Source of the DNA: Rhodospirillaceae bacterium
GTDB taxonomy: Bacteria > Pseudomonadota > Alphaproteobacteria > TMED109
Direction of reading: 5' to 3'
DNA: 64,000 bases
Assembly: GCA_902615805.1 (NCBI GenBank)
Contig: CACMQH010000001.1
Location: 157,222 to 221,221, forward strand
The notes under the pieces are model-generated. The model did no database searches, was not told the origin of the DNA, and was given only the letters and a program-made list of their open reading frames with translations. Made by a program: the position numbers and the translations under genes. Below are positions 31,052 through 41,899 of this stretch, piece by piece (position 1 is the first letter of the stretch; each line of letters opens with the position of its first letter).

Positions 31052-32028
31052 TTAATTTTTCCTAATTTTTTTTTTGCAGACTCGAGTACATTCAAGACTC
31101 TTAATCCTTCTTCCCCTACTGATGGCGGTTTTATTTTTTTTTCTATCCAATTTATAAAAGATTTACATTCTATTAATAAAGGTTCTTTTTTAAAATTAAA
31201 AGTTATAGTTTTACCTTTTGATTTACTTATGATAGGAACAGCACCCTCCCATCTAACATCATGGTCATAAAATAAAAGTTTATTTTTATCTTTTTCTGTA
31301 TCGGCAAAAACTATCATTCCCTTATCACCTATTACAATTAACCTTTGATCCTTATATGGATGTAGCCAAGAAACAAAAATATGAGCTTTAATATTTTTCT
31401 TAAATGTTAGCATAGTTAGAGTAGTATCCTTGATTTTTTTTGCAAGGTAGCTGCCTCCGAATGCTTCAATATTTAATAATGGGGTTTTGACTAAGTTTAG
31501 TATCATAGAAATATCATGCGGTGCAAACGACCAAAGTACATCTTCCTCTTTTCTCAGTTTTCCTAAAGATAGTCTATTAGAGTAAATGTATCTAATATTA
31601 CCAATTAAGCCAGACTTAATTTTTTCTTTCATTTTTATAAAAGCAGGATGATATAACATTAAATGTCCAACCATAATCTTTAAATTATTTTTTTTTGCTA
31701 AATCCACTAATTTTTTTCCTTTTTTTAATCCTAGGCATAAAGGTTTTTCTACAAAAACGTGCTTTCCTGATAATAACGCTTCATATGTAAGTTTATAGTG
31801 CGAAAGAGCAGGGGTAGAAATCACAACTGCTGTAATACTTTTATCATTTAATATGTCTTTGTAATTTATAGAAAACTTTATGGAAGAGGATATTTTTAAC
31901 ACTTCATCTTTTTTTTTTTTATTTGTATCAGATACTATTTGAAGAACACCCAAAGTGTTAAAGTTTCTAATGAGATTCATGCCCCAATGTCCGGCACCTA
32001 TAAGACCTATATTAGTTTTTTTTTTCAT
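31048..32028 (-). CDS. Gfo/Idh/MocA oxidoreductase, WbpB/WlbA-like
   Basis: [28 protein letters not shown]; coupled to the wbpD/E-like genes. Confidence 0.88.
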   Translation of the reverse strand: MKKKTNIGLIGAGHWGMNLIRNFNTLGVLQIVSDTNKKKKDEVLKISSSIKFSINYKDILNDKSITAVVISTPALSHYKLTYEALLSGKHVFVEKPLCLGLKKGKKLVDLAKKNNLKIMVGHLMLYHPAFIKMKEKIKSGLIGNIRYIYSNRLSLGKLRKEEDVLWSFAPHDISMILNLVKTPLLNIEAFGGSYLAKKIKDTTLTMLTFKKNIKAHIFVSWLHPYKDQRLIVIGDKGMIVFADTEKDKNKLLFYDHDVRWEGAVPIISKSKGKTITFNFKKEPLLIECKSFINWIEKKIKPPSVGEEGLRVLNVLESAKKKLGKIK

Positions 32029-32057
32029 AATTTTTAATTATTTTAGCCATTACAAAT

Positions 32058-33686
32058 TTATACTTTTTCACCATTCCAAAATATGTTTTTTCTTTTCAAG
32101 TAATCTTCAACATACCAACTTATAGAACTAAAATGTATTCTTTTATCAAAAAGAATTTTTCTATAAGGCCAAGGCTTATATGCTTCTAAATCATCAAAGA
32201 AATACTCTAAATACTTTCTTTCAAAATCATACCACTTACTTTTTCCTATAAAGTTAAATAATATTTTAAAAAAAAACCTAATTATTTCTAAAAAAGTAGG
32301 AATATTAGATTTTGGATTGATTGGAATATCATGCCAAACTTCTCCCCAGTTTGCTTCTAATATTGATGACTTGTAGAGCTTCTGTTTTTTTTTATCATTA
32401 TAATGACTTGCTTGCCAAAATTTTAGATATTCAAAATCCCAAAGTGGCATTCTCCACTCATAACCGAAATATTCATAATTTCTTACACCATTTATCACAT
32501 ATTTTACTTGCCTATTATGGAACTCTAAAGCTTCATATAAACCATACATATTTACTTTTTCTTTTCTAGTTTTATTGTTTAGTAATTTATTAATTTGATT
32601 TTTAAGTAAAGTATTTGCAAGTTTGATCCGATCCTTGGTCATCAGTTTTTTCCAATATTTATTATGTTTTGATATATATTTATTTATCACAGCCTCCTCA
32701 GAGAAAGTATTGTTATCAATGCTATCGGGTATATGATTTCCAGTAATAAAATCACCACTTTGTCCATTTACAAAAATAGCATCCTTTTTAATTATTTTTT
32801 TTTCTTTTAGTTCTTTTAGCATGGAGTATTCTCCAATAAAATGTATAGCATTTAGATTGTCACAATAGTTTTCATATTCTCTATAATCTAAAGAATGATA
32901 ATAACTTTTAACTTTTGAAGGTGTATATTCTATTTGCATCCAATCGTAACCTAATTTTTTTGCAACCTTTTTTGCAATTTTAATTTCAATATTTCTCTTT
33001 CTCCCATACGATAAACACAAAACATTTTTATAACCAAAATGCCTCAAACCAGATGCTAAAAACCTAGAGTCCCAACCAGAAGATAGAGGCAATACTATTT
33101 GCCTACCATTACAACTATAAATAAGCTTTTTAATGATCAATTCATTTATACTCTTTAATCTATTAATATTATTTACACTTTTACTTTTTGCCCAAGGTTT
33201 CCAATTATAGTAATTATCTATAGTCATTTTTTTCTTAGTAATTAAAATAAATGCTCCAGCACTGAGATTAAACACATTTTTATATATAGTTTGATTGCCT
33301 ATAGTATACCCAGACATTGCAAATGTTTTACTAATTTTTGTATTAATATCATTTACTTTAAGATCGAGCTTTTTTTTTAGGTTTGATCCATTATCTGAGA
33401 CGTGAATAACATTTTTTATATTAGCATAAATTAAAGGGTAAGAACAAATTCTATCAACTAAGGCTAAAAAAAAGTTTTTATCTTCTAGTATAATCGCAAA
33501 ATTTCCATCTATTTTATTTATAAAAGGTTTAACATTGTCAGGTTTTAAAGTGCTCAGCATTTTTACTAGATCTAAGTCAGACTTTTTATAAAAAAAACCT
33601 ATGATGTATATATTTCTTCTATTTTTTCTGTAAAATCTCCATTTTTTTTTGAAATTAATAAGGTTTACTTTATATGTTAGCGTCAT
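32058..33686 (-). CDS. Asparagine-synthetase-like ATP pyrophosphatase (no N-terminal Cys)
   Basis: PLSSGWDSR PP-loop, NGQSGDFITG, EWRMPLWD. Confidence 0.8.
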   Translation of the reverse strand: MTLTYKVNLINFKKKWRFYRKNRRNIYIIGFFYKKSDLDLVKMLSTLKPDNVKPFINKIDGNFAIILEDKNFFLALVDRICSYPLIYANIKNVIHVSDNGSNLKKKLDLKVNDINTKISKTFAMSGYTIGNQTIYKNVFNLSAGAFILITKKKMTIDNYYNWKPWAKSKSVNNINRLKSINELIIKKLIYSCNGRQIVLPLSSGWDSRFLASGLRHFGYKNVLCLSYGRKRNIEIKIAKKVAKKLGYDWMQIEYTPSKVKSYYHSLDYREYENYCDNLNAIHFIGEYSMLKELKEKKIIKKDAIFVNGQSGDFITGNHIPDSIDNNTFSEEAVINKYISKHNKYWKKLMTKDRIKLANTLLKNQINKLLNNKTRKEKVNMYGLYEALEFHNRQVKYVINGVRNYEYFGYEWRMPLWDFEYLKFWQASHYNDKKKQKLYKSSILEANWGEVWHDIPINPKSNIPTFLEIIRFFFKILFNFIGKSKWYDFERKYLEYFFDDLEAYKPWPYRKILFDKRIHFSSISWYVEDYLKRKNIFWNGEKV

Positions 33687-33803
33687 TTTAATATTAGTTT
33701 TAATATTTTTATATTATAAGTTTATAAAAGTATATAGTTTTTATTAGTTTTGATATTAGTTTTTGTTATAGTAATTAATAAATTAAATTTAAAATATACG
33801 ATT

Positions 33804-35051
33804 ATGAAAATATTTTTTATAACTAGACTTTTTACAGGATTTGAAAATAGTTTAAAAAAGTCGCGCTGGTGTCCTGAAGGGTTACCAACTATTTATAAAT
33901 TAATAAACGAATTAGATAAAAAAAATACTTTATATTTATACTTCTTAGCTAAAGATAGCGGAAAAACTTATACTTCTGGATGGAATTATAAAAAAGATAT
34001 GAAAATTGCTATGAAAGAACTTAAAGCTCAAACTTATGTATTTGCTGGAATAAATTATTTTTATAGTTTTATTCCGAAAAATTTTGCTAAACTTCTAAGA
34101 GATTTAAGACACTTAATTTTTTTAATTTTTTTAATAAAAAAACATAAACCAGACTTAATATATTTAGACTCATCAAATGTGGTAATAGCGGCAATTATAA
34201 AAATATTATTTCCAAAAAATAATATAGTATTGAGGGTATTAGGAATATGCTCATTTTTAAGATCTATTCCTAATAGTAAAAGAATAATTAATAAAATTTA
34301 TAAATGGGCTTTTAAATCAGATTTTTCTGCTGTCATAGGAACTCAAGATGGCAGTGGAACAGAAATATGGCTAAATAAACTATTGAAAAATAGTGTTAAG
34401 AGATATGTTCTACTCAATGGCGTAGACACAATTTCAAAAGATTGTAAATTTAAAGAAAACTATATCAAGATTAAAAAAGTGAATGAGAAAAAAATATTAG
34501 TTCTTTTTTTAGGAAGACTTGAAGCCAGTAAGGGTGTATTTTTTTTTTTAGAAGCCGCATTAAACATTGCAAAACGCTATAAGAAAAAAATAAAATTTAT
34601 TATAGTTGGAGATGGATCTCTGTACAAAACTATAATAGATAAAATTTATAGAAACAATATGAGTTATAACTTTGATTTTTTGAGAAATATACCCCATAGT
34701 GAGGTATTGCAGTTACAATCAATATCAGACATTTATATATCTACTAACAAAGATGGTAATTTAAGTAATGCAAACTTAGAAGCTATTTCTGCAAATAAAT
34801 GTATGATAATTCCACATAAAAGACATAAAGAAAATATTGATATAGAAACAGAATTATTATTAAAGGATACGGTGTTATATTATAAAAATAATAATTTAAA
34901 AAGTTTAACAGAAAAACTTAAATTTCTAATAACAAACCCAAAACAGATAAATAAAATGAGTCAGAAAATTCAAATTAGAAAGAAGTCATTTTTAAAAAGC
35001 TGGAAAGAAAGAATTAATGAAGAAAAAAATATTCTTTATAAGCTAAAATAA
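33804..35051 (+). CDS. Glycosyltransferase family 4
   Basis: LNGVD, FLGRLEASKG, IVGDGS, SNANLEAIS. ATG at 33804 is preferred. Confidence 0.88.
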   Translation: MKIFFITRLFTGFENSLKKSRWCPEGLPTIYKLINELDKKNTLYLYFLAKDSGKTYTSGWNYKKDMKIAMKELKAQTYVFAGINYFYSFIPKNFAKLLRDLRHLIFLIFLIKKHKPDLIYLDSSNVVIAAIIKILFPKNNIVLRVLGICSFLRSIPNSKRIINKIYKWAFKSDFSAVIGTQDGSGTEIWLNKLLKNSVKRYVLLNGVDTISKDCKFKENYIKIKKVNEKKILVLFLGRLEASKGVFFFLEAALNIAKRYKKKIKFIIVGDGSLYKTIIDKIYRNNMSYNFDFLRNIPHSEVLQLQSISDIYISTNKDGNLSNANLEAISANKCMIIPHKRHKENIDIETELLLKDTVLYYKNNNLKSLTEKLKFLITNPKQINKMSQKIQIRKKSFLKSWKERINEEKNILYKLK

Positions 35052-35062
35052 ATATATATAGT

Positions 35063-36904
35063 ATGTGTGGAATATTTGGAATTATTGGAAAAAGTAAAAA
35101 TTTTTCTTCAGAAGTTAATAAACTTATAAATTATGCTTCTCGAAGAGGTAAAGACTCAAGTGGAATATTAACCTATAAAAATTTTTATAAAATTTATAAA
35201 GCAGATTTTGATATAAAAAAGCTGAAATCAAAGTTAGATTTAAAAAATTTAAACTTAATTATAGGTATAGGTAGACTTATTACTAATGGTAATATAGATA
35301 ATCAACCCTTAACAAACTCTAGTTCTGCTATCTTTCATAATGGTATTATTATTAATGAAAAAAAATTGTTTGAGCTAGAAAAAATAAAAAGATTTACTGA
35401 CATTGACAGTGAAATTATACTTTCAATTGCTAATAAATACATTCAGGACTTTGAAACAAAAAATATTGCTAATATCATATTAAAAAAATGTATTGGAACA
35501 AATTCTGCTGCAATAGTCTTTCCCAAACTAGGAAAGTTGATACTTCTTTCAAATAATGGTAGCCTTTACTATTCTATTTTAAATAAAGTTACCTACTTTT
35601 CATCTGAATTGAACCACTTAAAACAGTTAAAATGTAAAAACATTAAAAAACTAATCAATCAGTATAAAATTATTAACATACCTAAAGAGAATAAAAAAGA
35701 ATTTGAAATAGAACAGTTTAAGGTGAAAAGAAGACCGCTAGTGCCTTCATTAAATTTCTCGACTCAACAGAAAAAACTTTTAGAGACAACTATTCCTAAA
35801 TTAGTAAGGTGTAAAAAGTGTTTATTACCGCATACAATGCCTTACATAACCTTTAATGATAAAGGTATTTGTAATTATTGCACTACTTACCAGAAAAAAA
35901 ATCAACCTAAGCCATTCGAAAAACTTATAGAAATAGTTTCCTCCTATAAAAAAGGAAATAGAGATAATTGTATAGTACCATTTTCGGGAGGAAGAGATAG
36001 TTCTTACGCACTTCATTTGATAGTTAAAGAATTAAGATTAAAACCAATAACATATACATATGATTGGGGTATGACAGCTGATATTGGAAGAAGAAATATA
36101 AGCATTATGTGTTCTAAACTTAACATTGAAAATATTATCGTAGCTGCAGATATCAAGAAAAAAAGAGATAATATAAAGAAAAATGTAGAGGCATGGCTTA
36201 AAAAGCCTCACTTAGGAATGATAAGTTTATTCACAGCCGGTGATAAACATTTTTTTCAATATGTAGATAATATAAGAAAAGAAACTAATATAGATTTAAA
36301 TATATGGGGTAATAGTCCTTTTGAAATTACTCATTTTAAATCAGGCTTTTTAGGAATAAGGCCTGACCTAAATGAAAACAGTGTATATGCGAAAGGAATT
36401 AATAAACAAATTAAATACCAAACACTAAGGATAAAAGAAATGTTTAAAAACCCTTCTTACTTTAACAGTTCTTTGTGGGATACAGTTACAGGCGAGTACT
36501 TTAGAAGTATTAAAAAAAGAAAGCATTCTCATTATATTTTTGATTATTGGAAATGGAATGAAAAAGAAATTGATAATACTCTTTTAAATCAATATGAATG
36601 GGAATTTGCAAAAGATAGCAAAAATAGCTGGAGAATTGGTGATGGTACTGCGGCTTTTTATAACTACATATATTATACAATAGCAGGGTTTACTGAACAT
36701 GATACTTTTAGAAGTAATCAAATTAGAGAAGGTGAGATTAGCAGAAAAAAAGCGTTAGAGTTAGTCGAAAGAGACAACAGACCTAGATACGAAAGCTTAG
36801 TAATGTATTTCGATATGATAGGAGTTGACTTTAGCAAAGCCATTAAAAAAATTAACTCTTTACCTAGACTTTGGTATCAAAATCCTAATAATATATCTTT
36901 CTAA
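35063..36904 (+). CDS. Class II glutamine amidotransferase fused to an N-acetyl-sugar amidotransferase (WbuX/PseA-like)
   Basis: MCGIFG, RG.DSSG, NQP, HNGII, DSE; then CKKC...CNYC and FSGGRDSSY. Confidence 0.82.
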   Translation: MCGIFGIIGKSKNFSSEVNKLINYASRRGKDSSGILTYKNFYKIYKADFDIKKLKSKLDLKNLNLIIGIGRLITNGNIDNQPLTNSSSAIFHNGIIINEKKLFELEKIKRFTDIDSEIILSIANKYIQDFETKNIANIILKKCIGTNSAAIVFPKLGKLILLSNNGSLYYSILNKVTYFSSELNHLKQLKCKNIKKLINQYKIINIPKENKKEFEIEQFKVKRRPLVPSLNFSTQQKKLLETTIPKLVRCKKCLLPHTMPYITFNDKGICNYCTTYQKKNQPKPFEKLIEIVSSYKKGNRDNCIVPFSGGRDSSYALHLIVKELRLKPITYTYDWGMTADIGRRNISIMCSKLNIENIIVAADIKKKRDNIKKNVEAWLKKPHLGMISLFTAGDKHFFQYVDNIRKETNIDLNIWGNSPFEITHFKSGFLGIRPDLNENSVYAKGINKQIKYQTLRIKEMFKNPSYFNSSLWDTVTGEYFRSIKKRKHSHYIFDYWKWNEKEIDNTLLNQYEWEFAKDSKNSWRIGDGTAAFYNYIYYTIAGFTEHDTFRSNQIREGEISRKKALELVERDNRPRYESLVMYFDMIGVDFSKAIKKINSLPRLWYQNPNNISF

Positions 36905-37174
36905 TTATATAAATTGCAATCGGATAAATTCTACTCAACAAACTACTATAATATTTATCTTAAATTCTTGATTTAAAAGTCCTCTATTTTTTAAGCCTTA
37001 TATATCTAATACTAAACTTTAATTAACTAGATTGGCTAACTAAGTATTAAAGCAAGAGGATCAAGCAAAGATTTAAACACTGAAACCTCTAAAAAATTAG
37101 TGATTATTATCACTTATTTATTTTTGTTCAGCTATAGTTATTAATAATTTTATCATTGAATATATTTACTGTAG

Positions 37175-39043
37175 TTAATCCAATATTTTTTTTACCTTAT
37201 GATACAAAGCTTCTGTGCAATTTTTTATAGAAGCCTTATCTGTATTAATTATAATATCTGGTGTCTTTGGTTTTTCATATCTACTATCAATACCGGTAAA
37301 GTTCTTAACCTTACCTTCCCTAGATTTTTTATATAAACCTTTTACATCTCTTTTTTCTAATGTTTTTATAGAAGCATTTACAAAAACTTCAATAAAATCA
37401 TTTTTTGCAAATAAAGCTTTAGCCATATTTCTTTCATTTTCATAGGGTGAAATTAATGCTGTAATAACAAATGTGCCTGAGTCAACCATTAGCTTTGCAA
37501 TTTCAGCAACTCTTCTAATGTTCTCAATACGCCCACTTTCACTAAAACCTAAATCTTTATTAATTCCTTGACGCAAATTATCTCCATCTAGAATATAAGT
37601 TCTAATACCTTCATTAAAAAGCTTTTTTTCTAGTTGCTTAGCTAAAGTTGATTTTCCTGCTCCGCTTAATCCTGTTAACCATAAAACTTTGCTTTTATGT
37701 CCATTTAAAATATTTCTAGATTTTTTTGTAATAAAGCTCTCAGAGTAAAACAAATTTTTTGCTTGATTTGTTATTTTTTTTACCATACCTACACCTAAGG
37801 TATCTTTATCTATTCTATCTATAAGAATAAATGCCCCTAAGTTACGACACTCATTATATTTCATAATAGGAATTTTTTTCTCTACATAAATTTCTACGAT
37901 AGCAATATCATTAACAATTAATGACTGTGCTTTTTCTTGTTTAAAATTATTGATATTAACTTTACTTATAATTTTTGATATTTGAATATTTATTAGAATA
38001 TGTCCAATTTTCATATAATATGATCGTCCTACAAAGGCTTCTTTTTTATTTGTCCAAATAATGTTAGCCTCAAATTTGTCTGTAGCTATAATTTGATCTT
38101 TTCCTTTTGTAATAATATCTCCTCTAGAGATATCCAAATTATTTTTAAGTTCAATACTTACATTTTGACCCGTGTGTGCCACTGATAAATTATTTTTATA
38201 GAAAAATAATCTTTTAATAATATTTTTTTCATTACTAGGTAAGACTGTAATTTTATCACCCTTTTTAATCTTTCCGTTTCTTACAACTCCTAAATAGTAT
38301 CTCTTATTTTCTGAATTTGTTTGTACTAACTGAATAGGAAAAATAAAATTTGATGAAGTGTTTTTATTTCTTAATTTTACTTCGTTTAAAGTATCCAGAA
38401 TAGTTAAACCTTTGTACCATGTCATTTTTTTTGAATGAAATACTATATTTTCTCCATATAAAGCAGATATAGGAACAAACTTAATATTATCAAATTCGAA
38501 ATCATTAATTAGCTTTTTATAATTATTAACTATTTTCTCATACTTAGTTTTACTGTAAGTAACTAAGTCCATTTTGTTTACTGCGAGGATTATATTTTTA
38601 ATTCCTAAAAAATTGCAAATAAATGAATGTCTCATAGTTTGTTTCAGAATTCCTTTTTTTGCATTAACTAGTATTATAGCTAAATCAGCGGTAGAAGCTC
38701 CTGTAACCATATTTTTTGTAAATTGCTCATGTCCAGGAGTATCTGCAATTATAAATCTTCTTTTCTCTGTGTAAAAATATCTGTAGGCTACATCTATAGT
38801 AATTTTTTGCTCTCTTTCCGAAGAAAGTCCGTCAGCTAAGAGTGAAAAATCAAGAGTTTTTTTATTTTTAGAGTACTTTAGGGTCGCATTTTTTAAATCA
38901 TTGATTTGATCAATAAAAATAGAATTATTATCATACAACATTCTTCCTATTAATGTACTTTTGCCATCATCTACACTACCACAGGTAATAAACCTCAAAG
39001 TATCTAATGCTAATGTTTTTTTTTTTATTAATTTTGTTCGCAT
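37175..39043 (-). CDS. cysNC: Bifunctional sulfate adenylyltransferase subunit 1 / APS kinase (CysN/CysC, NodQ-like)
   Basis: GSVDDGKSTLIGR, DTPGH, NKMD; C-terminal TGLSGAGKST, LDGDNLR, FTGID. Confidence 0.96.
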   Translation of the reverse strand: MRTKLIKKKTLALDTLRFITCGSVDDGKSTLIGRMLYDNNSIFIDQINDLKNATLKYSKNKKTLDFSLLADGLSSEREQKITIDVAYRYFYTEKRRFIIADTPGHEQFTKNMVTGASTADLAIILVNAKKGILKQTMRHSFICNFLGIKNIILAVNKMDLVTYSKTKYEKIVNNYKKLINDFEFDNIKFVPISALYGENIVFHSKKMTWYKGLTILDTLNEVKLRNKNTSSNFIFPIQLVQTNSENKRYYLGVVRNGKIKKGDKITVLPSNEKNIIKRLFFYKNNLSVAHTGQNVSIELKNNLDISRGDIITKGKDQIIATDKFEANIIWTNKKEAFVGRSYYMKIGHILINIQISKIISKVNINNFKQEKAQSLIVNDIAIVEIYVEKKIPIMKYNECRNLGAFILIDRIDKDTLGVGMVKKITNQAKNLFYSESFITKKSRNILNGHKSKVLWLTGLSGAGKSTLAKQLEKKLFNEGIRTYILDGDNLRQGINKDLGFSESGRIENIRRVAEIAKLMVDSGTFVITALISPYENERNMAKALFAKNDFIEVFVNASIKTLEKRDVKGLYKKSREGKVKNFTGIDSRYEKPKTPDIIINTDKASIKNCTEALYHKVKKILD

Positions 39044-39948
39044 TAAAAATAACCTTGTAATTTTTTTTTCTCCATAGAAGAGTCTTGATCACTGTCAATT
39101 AAACGACCTTCTCTTTCACTCTTATCAGAGCTTAATAATTCATAAATAATTTTTTGAATATTATCTGCCTTAGAATAAATCCCTGCTGTTAAGGGATAAC
39201 AACCTAGAGTTCTAAATCTTATAAAATCTCTTAATACTTTTTCCCCTTTATTAACTTTTAATCTAGTATCATCTATCATAATTATCTTCTTTTCTCTAAT
39301 TACAAACGGTCTTTTCTTGCTATAATATAAATTAACTATAGGAATTTTTTCTACCTTAATATAATTCCAAATATCTAATTCTGTCCAATTAGATAAGGGG
39401 AAAACTCTCATTTTCTGTTCATTGCTAAGTTTAAGGTTATAAGTATCCCAACATTCAGGCCTCTGAAATTTAGGCTCCCACACATGCATTTTGTTCCTTA
39501 CAGAAAATATTCTTTCTTTTGCTCTACTTTTCTCTTCATCCCTTCTAGCGCCTCCAAAGGCAAAATCAAAATTATATTTATCTAAAGAATGCTTTAAAGC
39601 CTGAGTTTTCATTATGTCGGTATAAATATCAGAAGAATAATTAAAAGGATTAATATTCTTTTTAAGTGCCTCTTTGTTTTTATAAACTATTAAGTTAAAT
39701 TTATACTTTTTTTGTATTTTCTCTCTAAATTGATACATCTCTCTAAACTTCCATGTAGTATCAATATGTAGGATTGGAAAAGGTATCGATTCTGGATAAA
39801 AAGCTTTACTTGCTAAATGCAGTAAAACGCTAGAGTCTTTTCCTATAGAATAAAGTAATACTGGGTTGTTAGCTTCAGCAAATGTTTCTCTAATAATATT
39901 AATACTTTCTGCTTCAAGCCATCTTAGATTTTTATTTTTAATAAGCAT
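39043..39948 (-). CDS. cysD: Sulfate adenylyltransferase subunit 2
   Basis: [49 protein letters not shown]. Confidence 0.97.
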   Translation of the reverse strand: MLIKNKNLRWLEAESINIIRETFAEANNPVLLYSIGKDSSVLLHLASKAFYPESIPFPILHIDTTWKFREMYQFREKIQKKYKFNLIVYKNKEALKKNINPFNYSSDIYTDIMKTQALKHSLDKYNFDFAFGGARRDEEKSRAKERIFSVRNKMHVWEPKFQRPECWDTYNLKLSNEQKMRVFPLSNWTELDIWNYIKVEKIPIVNLYYSKKRPFVIREKKIIMIDDTRLKVNKGEKVLRDFIRFRTLGCYPLTAGIYSKADNIQKIIYELLSSDKSEREGRLIDSDQDSSMEKKKLQGYF

Positions 39949-40045
39949 ACAAAATTAACAAAAAATAATAGTATTGGTAATTTTTTAAATATTCAAGTAA
40001 AGTTAATATCAAGTTGAGTACATAATTTAAATTTAATTACATAAA

Positions 40046-41065
40046 ATGCAAAAATACAAAACCTTAGTACACCTTGGTTATGGAAAGTCTGCTAGCACTA
40101 CACTCCAATCATCTTATTTTCCCTTCCATCCTGATATTGAATATTATGGAATTGATTATTCTAACCAAATAAAATTAAAAAAAGAAATTACAAAAAAAAA
40201 GAAGACTAAACATAAAATTTACCCAAATGAAAATTCAAGGAAACTAACTTCTTTACTAGTAAATTTAGATAGATATCAAGGTGTAGATAAAAGCTTAAAA
40301 AGAGATATTGCAAAAGATATTACATTAGCAAAAAAAAATAAAAAAGCTTTTGTATTTTCTAATGAAAACTTTTCTGAAACTCCTTCAGCTTATTTGATGG
40401 CAAAAGTCTTAAAAGATTATATACCTGATGCAGAGCTTATTCTAGTTTTGAGAAATCAACTGGATTTAATAAAATCAGTATATACATTTACTTGTCATAG
40501 CATTAAACACGTTCCTAAACCATATAAAAGAAGATATGTTTCATTTAAAAATTGGTTTTTAAACTGTATTGAAAATGAAAATAATAGAGGTAGTCACAAA
40601 GCATGGGATAGAGATAATGATTATATTAGAATGATAGACTTTCATCATTTTATATTATGTCTAAACGAATTTTTTAAAGGAAAAATAAATATTTTGCTCT
40701 ACGAAGATTTAAAAAAAAATCCATTACTTTTTTATAAAAAACTATCTTCAGTAATTGGTGTTTCAAATAAACATATGCCAAAAGAATTATTTTATAAAAA
40801 AGTTAATACTTCTTCTAATCAAACCTTGATAAAAGTATCTAATTTCTTTAGAAGATCAGACTATGTAAGAAGTCTAATACAATCTCCAACATTTAGAAAT
40901 CATTATACTTTTAAATATGCAAAAAAAGCTTTTTTAAGATTTGGCAAAGATGTGTGCTTAGATAATGAAATTAAGGATTATGTTTACAATAGATATAAAG
41001 AAGGAAATAAAAGTATAGCTAAACAGTTTAATTTACCTCTTAAAAAGTACGGTTATCCTACTTAA
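40046..41065 (+). CDS. PAPS-dependent sulfotransferase
   Basis: HLGYGKSASTTLQ (5'-PSB loop), SNE, LRNQ...S.Y (3'-PB), LYEDL. Confidence 0.85.
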   Translation: MQKYKTLVHLGYGKSASTTLQSSYFPFHPDIEYYGIDYSNQIKLKKEITKKKKTKHKIYPNENSRKLTSLLVNLDRYQGVDKSLKRDIAKDITLAKKNKKAFVFSNENFSETPSAYLMAKVLKDYIPDAELILVLRNQLDLIKSVYTFTCHSIKHVPKPYKRRYVSFKNWFLNCIENENNRGSHKAWDRDNDYIRMIDFHHFILCLNEFFKGKINILLYEDLKKNPLLFYKKLSSVIGVSNKHMPKELFYKKVNTSSNQTLIKVSNFFRRSDYVRSLIQSPTFRNHYTFKYAKKAFLRFGKDVCLDNEIKDYVYNRYKEGNKSIAKQFNLPLKKYGYPT

Positions 41066-41092
41066 TAATTAATTATTAAAATTTTTAAAGTA

Positions 41093-41893
41093 ATGCTGTA
41101 TATTAAGAAAATTCTAAAAGATCCATATTTTAAAGATACACTTTTAAATTGCATAAATAAATGTAGCAAGATAGCTTTAGAGGAACCTGTTGGAAAGGTT
41201 GAAAAAAAAATAGATGGTTCATTAGTTACCAAGATAGATAAAAAAATTGATCAAGTTATTAGGCAAGACCTCTCATTATCATACCCATCTATTCCTATTG
41301 TAAGTGAAGAGAGTCATAATGACGATAATTCATTTTTACAAAAATTGTATTGGCTTATTGATCCAATAGATGGAACTTCTAGTTTTGTTAAGGGCCATAA
41401 AGGTTACACTATAAACATTGCATTAATTTATGAGGGTATAGCTGTTTTAGGATTTATTGCTAACCCTCCTACTAATTCCATTTGGTATGGTTATGAGGGA
41501 AATGCTTATTTTTTGTATAATAATATGGTAAAAGAATTAAATTCGAATAATTCAAAAAAAGATCAGTATTGTAGAGTTGTGTGCTCTAAAAGTTATGATG
41601 TTAATGTAGAAGAATTTTTAAAAAAAATCAAAAATGTAAAGATCAAATATTATTCATCATCTATAAAGTTTTGCAAAATTGCTGAGGGGAAAGCTAATAT
41701 CTATCCTAGATTACACAGTATATCAAAATGGGATATTGCTGCAGGAGATGCAATTTTAAAGTCAGCCGGAGGCATATTATTAGATAGTAATGGAAAAATA
41801 TTTAAGTACAATACACCTACTGCAAAAACTGGAAATTTTTTTGCATTATCGTCAAAATTTTTATGGAATTCTACTATTTATAATATATTATAA
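41093..41893 (+). CDS. cysQ: 3'(2'),5'-bisphosphate nucleotidase CysQ (inositol monophosphatase family)
   Basis: K.DGSLVT, VSEE, WLIDPIDGT, SSIKFC.IAEG.A..YPR, WDIAAG. Confidence 0.92.
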   Translation: MLYIKKILKDPYFKDTLLNCINKCSKIALEEPVGKVEKKIDGSLVTKIDKKIDQVIRQDLSLSYPSIPIVSEESHNDDNSFLQKLYWLIDPIDGTSSFVKGHKGYTINIALIYEGIAVLGFIANPPTNSIWYGYEGNAYFLYNNMVKELNSNNSKKDQYCRVVCSKSYDVNVEEFLKKIKNVKIKYYSSSIKFCKIAEGKANIYPRLHSISKWDIAAGDAILKSAGGILLDSNGKIFKYNTPTAKTGNFFALSSKFLWNSTIYNIL

Positions 41894-41899
41894 TGCAAT

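Noticed and set aside
31909-31920. A/T homopolymers in coding regions (T12 here; A11 near 60680 and 60780) as phase-variation switches
   Set aside because: All lie in intact frames encoding Lys runs and are expected at this AT content. No poly-G/C tracts or frameshifted genes were seen.
36905-37174. Possible tRNA-Leu-like remnant (TTGGCTAACTAAGTATTAAAGCAAGAGGA) in the gap between convergent genes
   Set aside because: The similarity is short and gapped, with no T arm or CCA, and cannot be separated from chance by eye.
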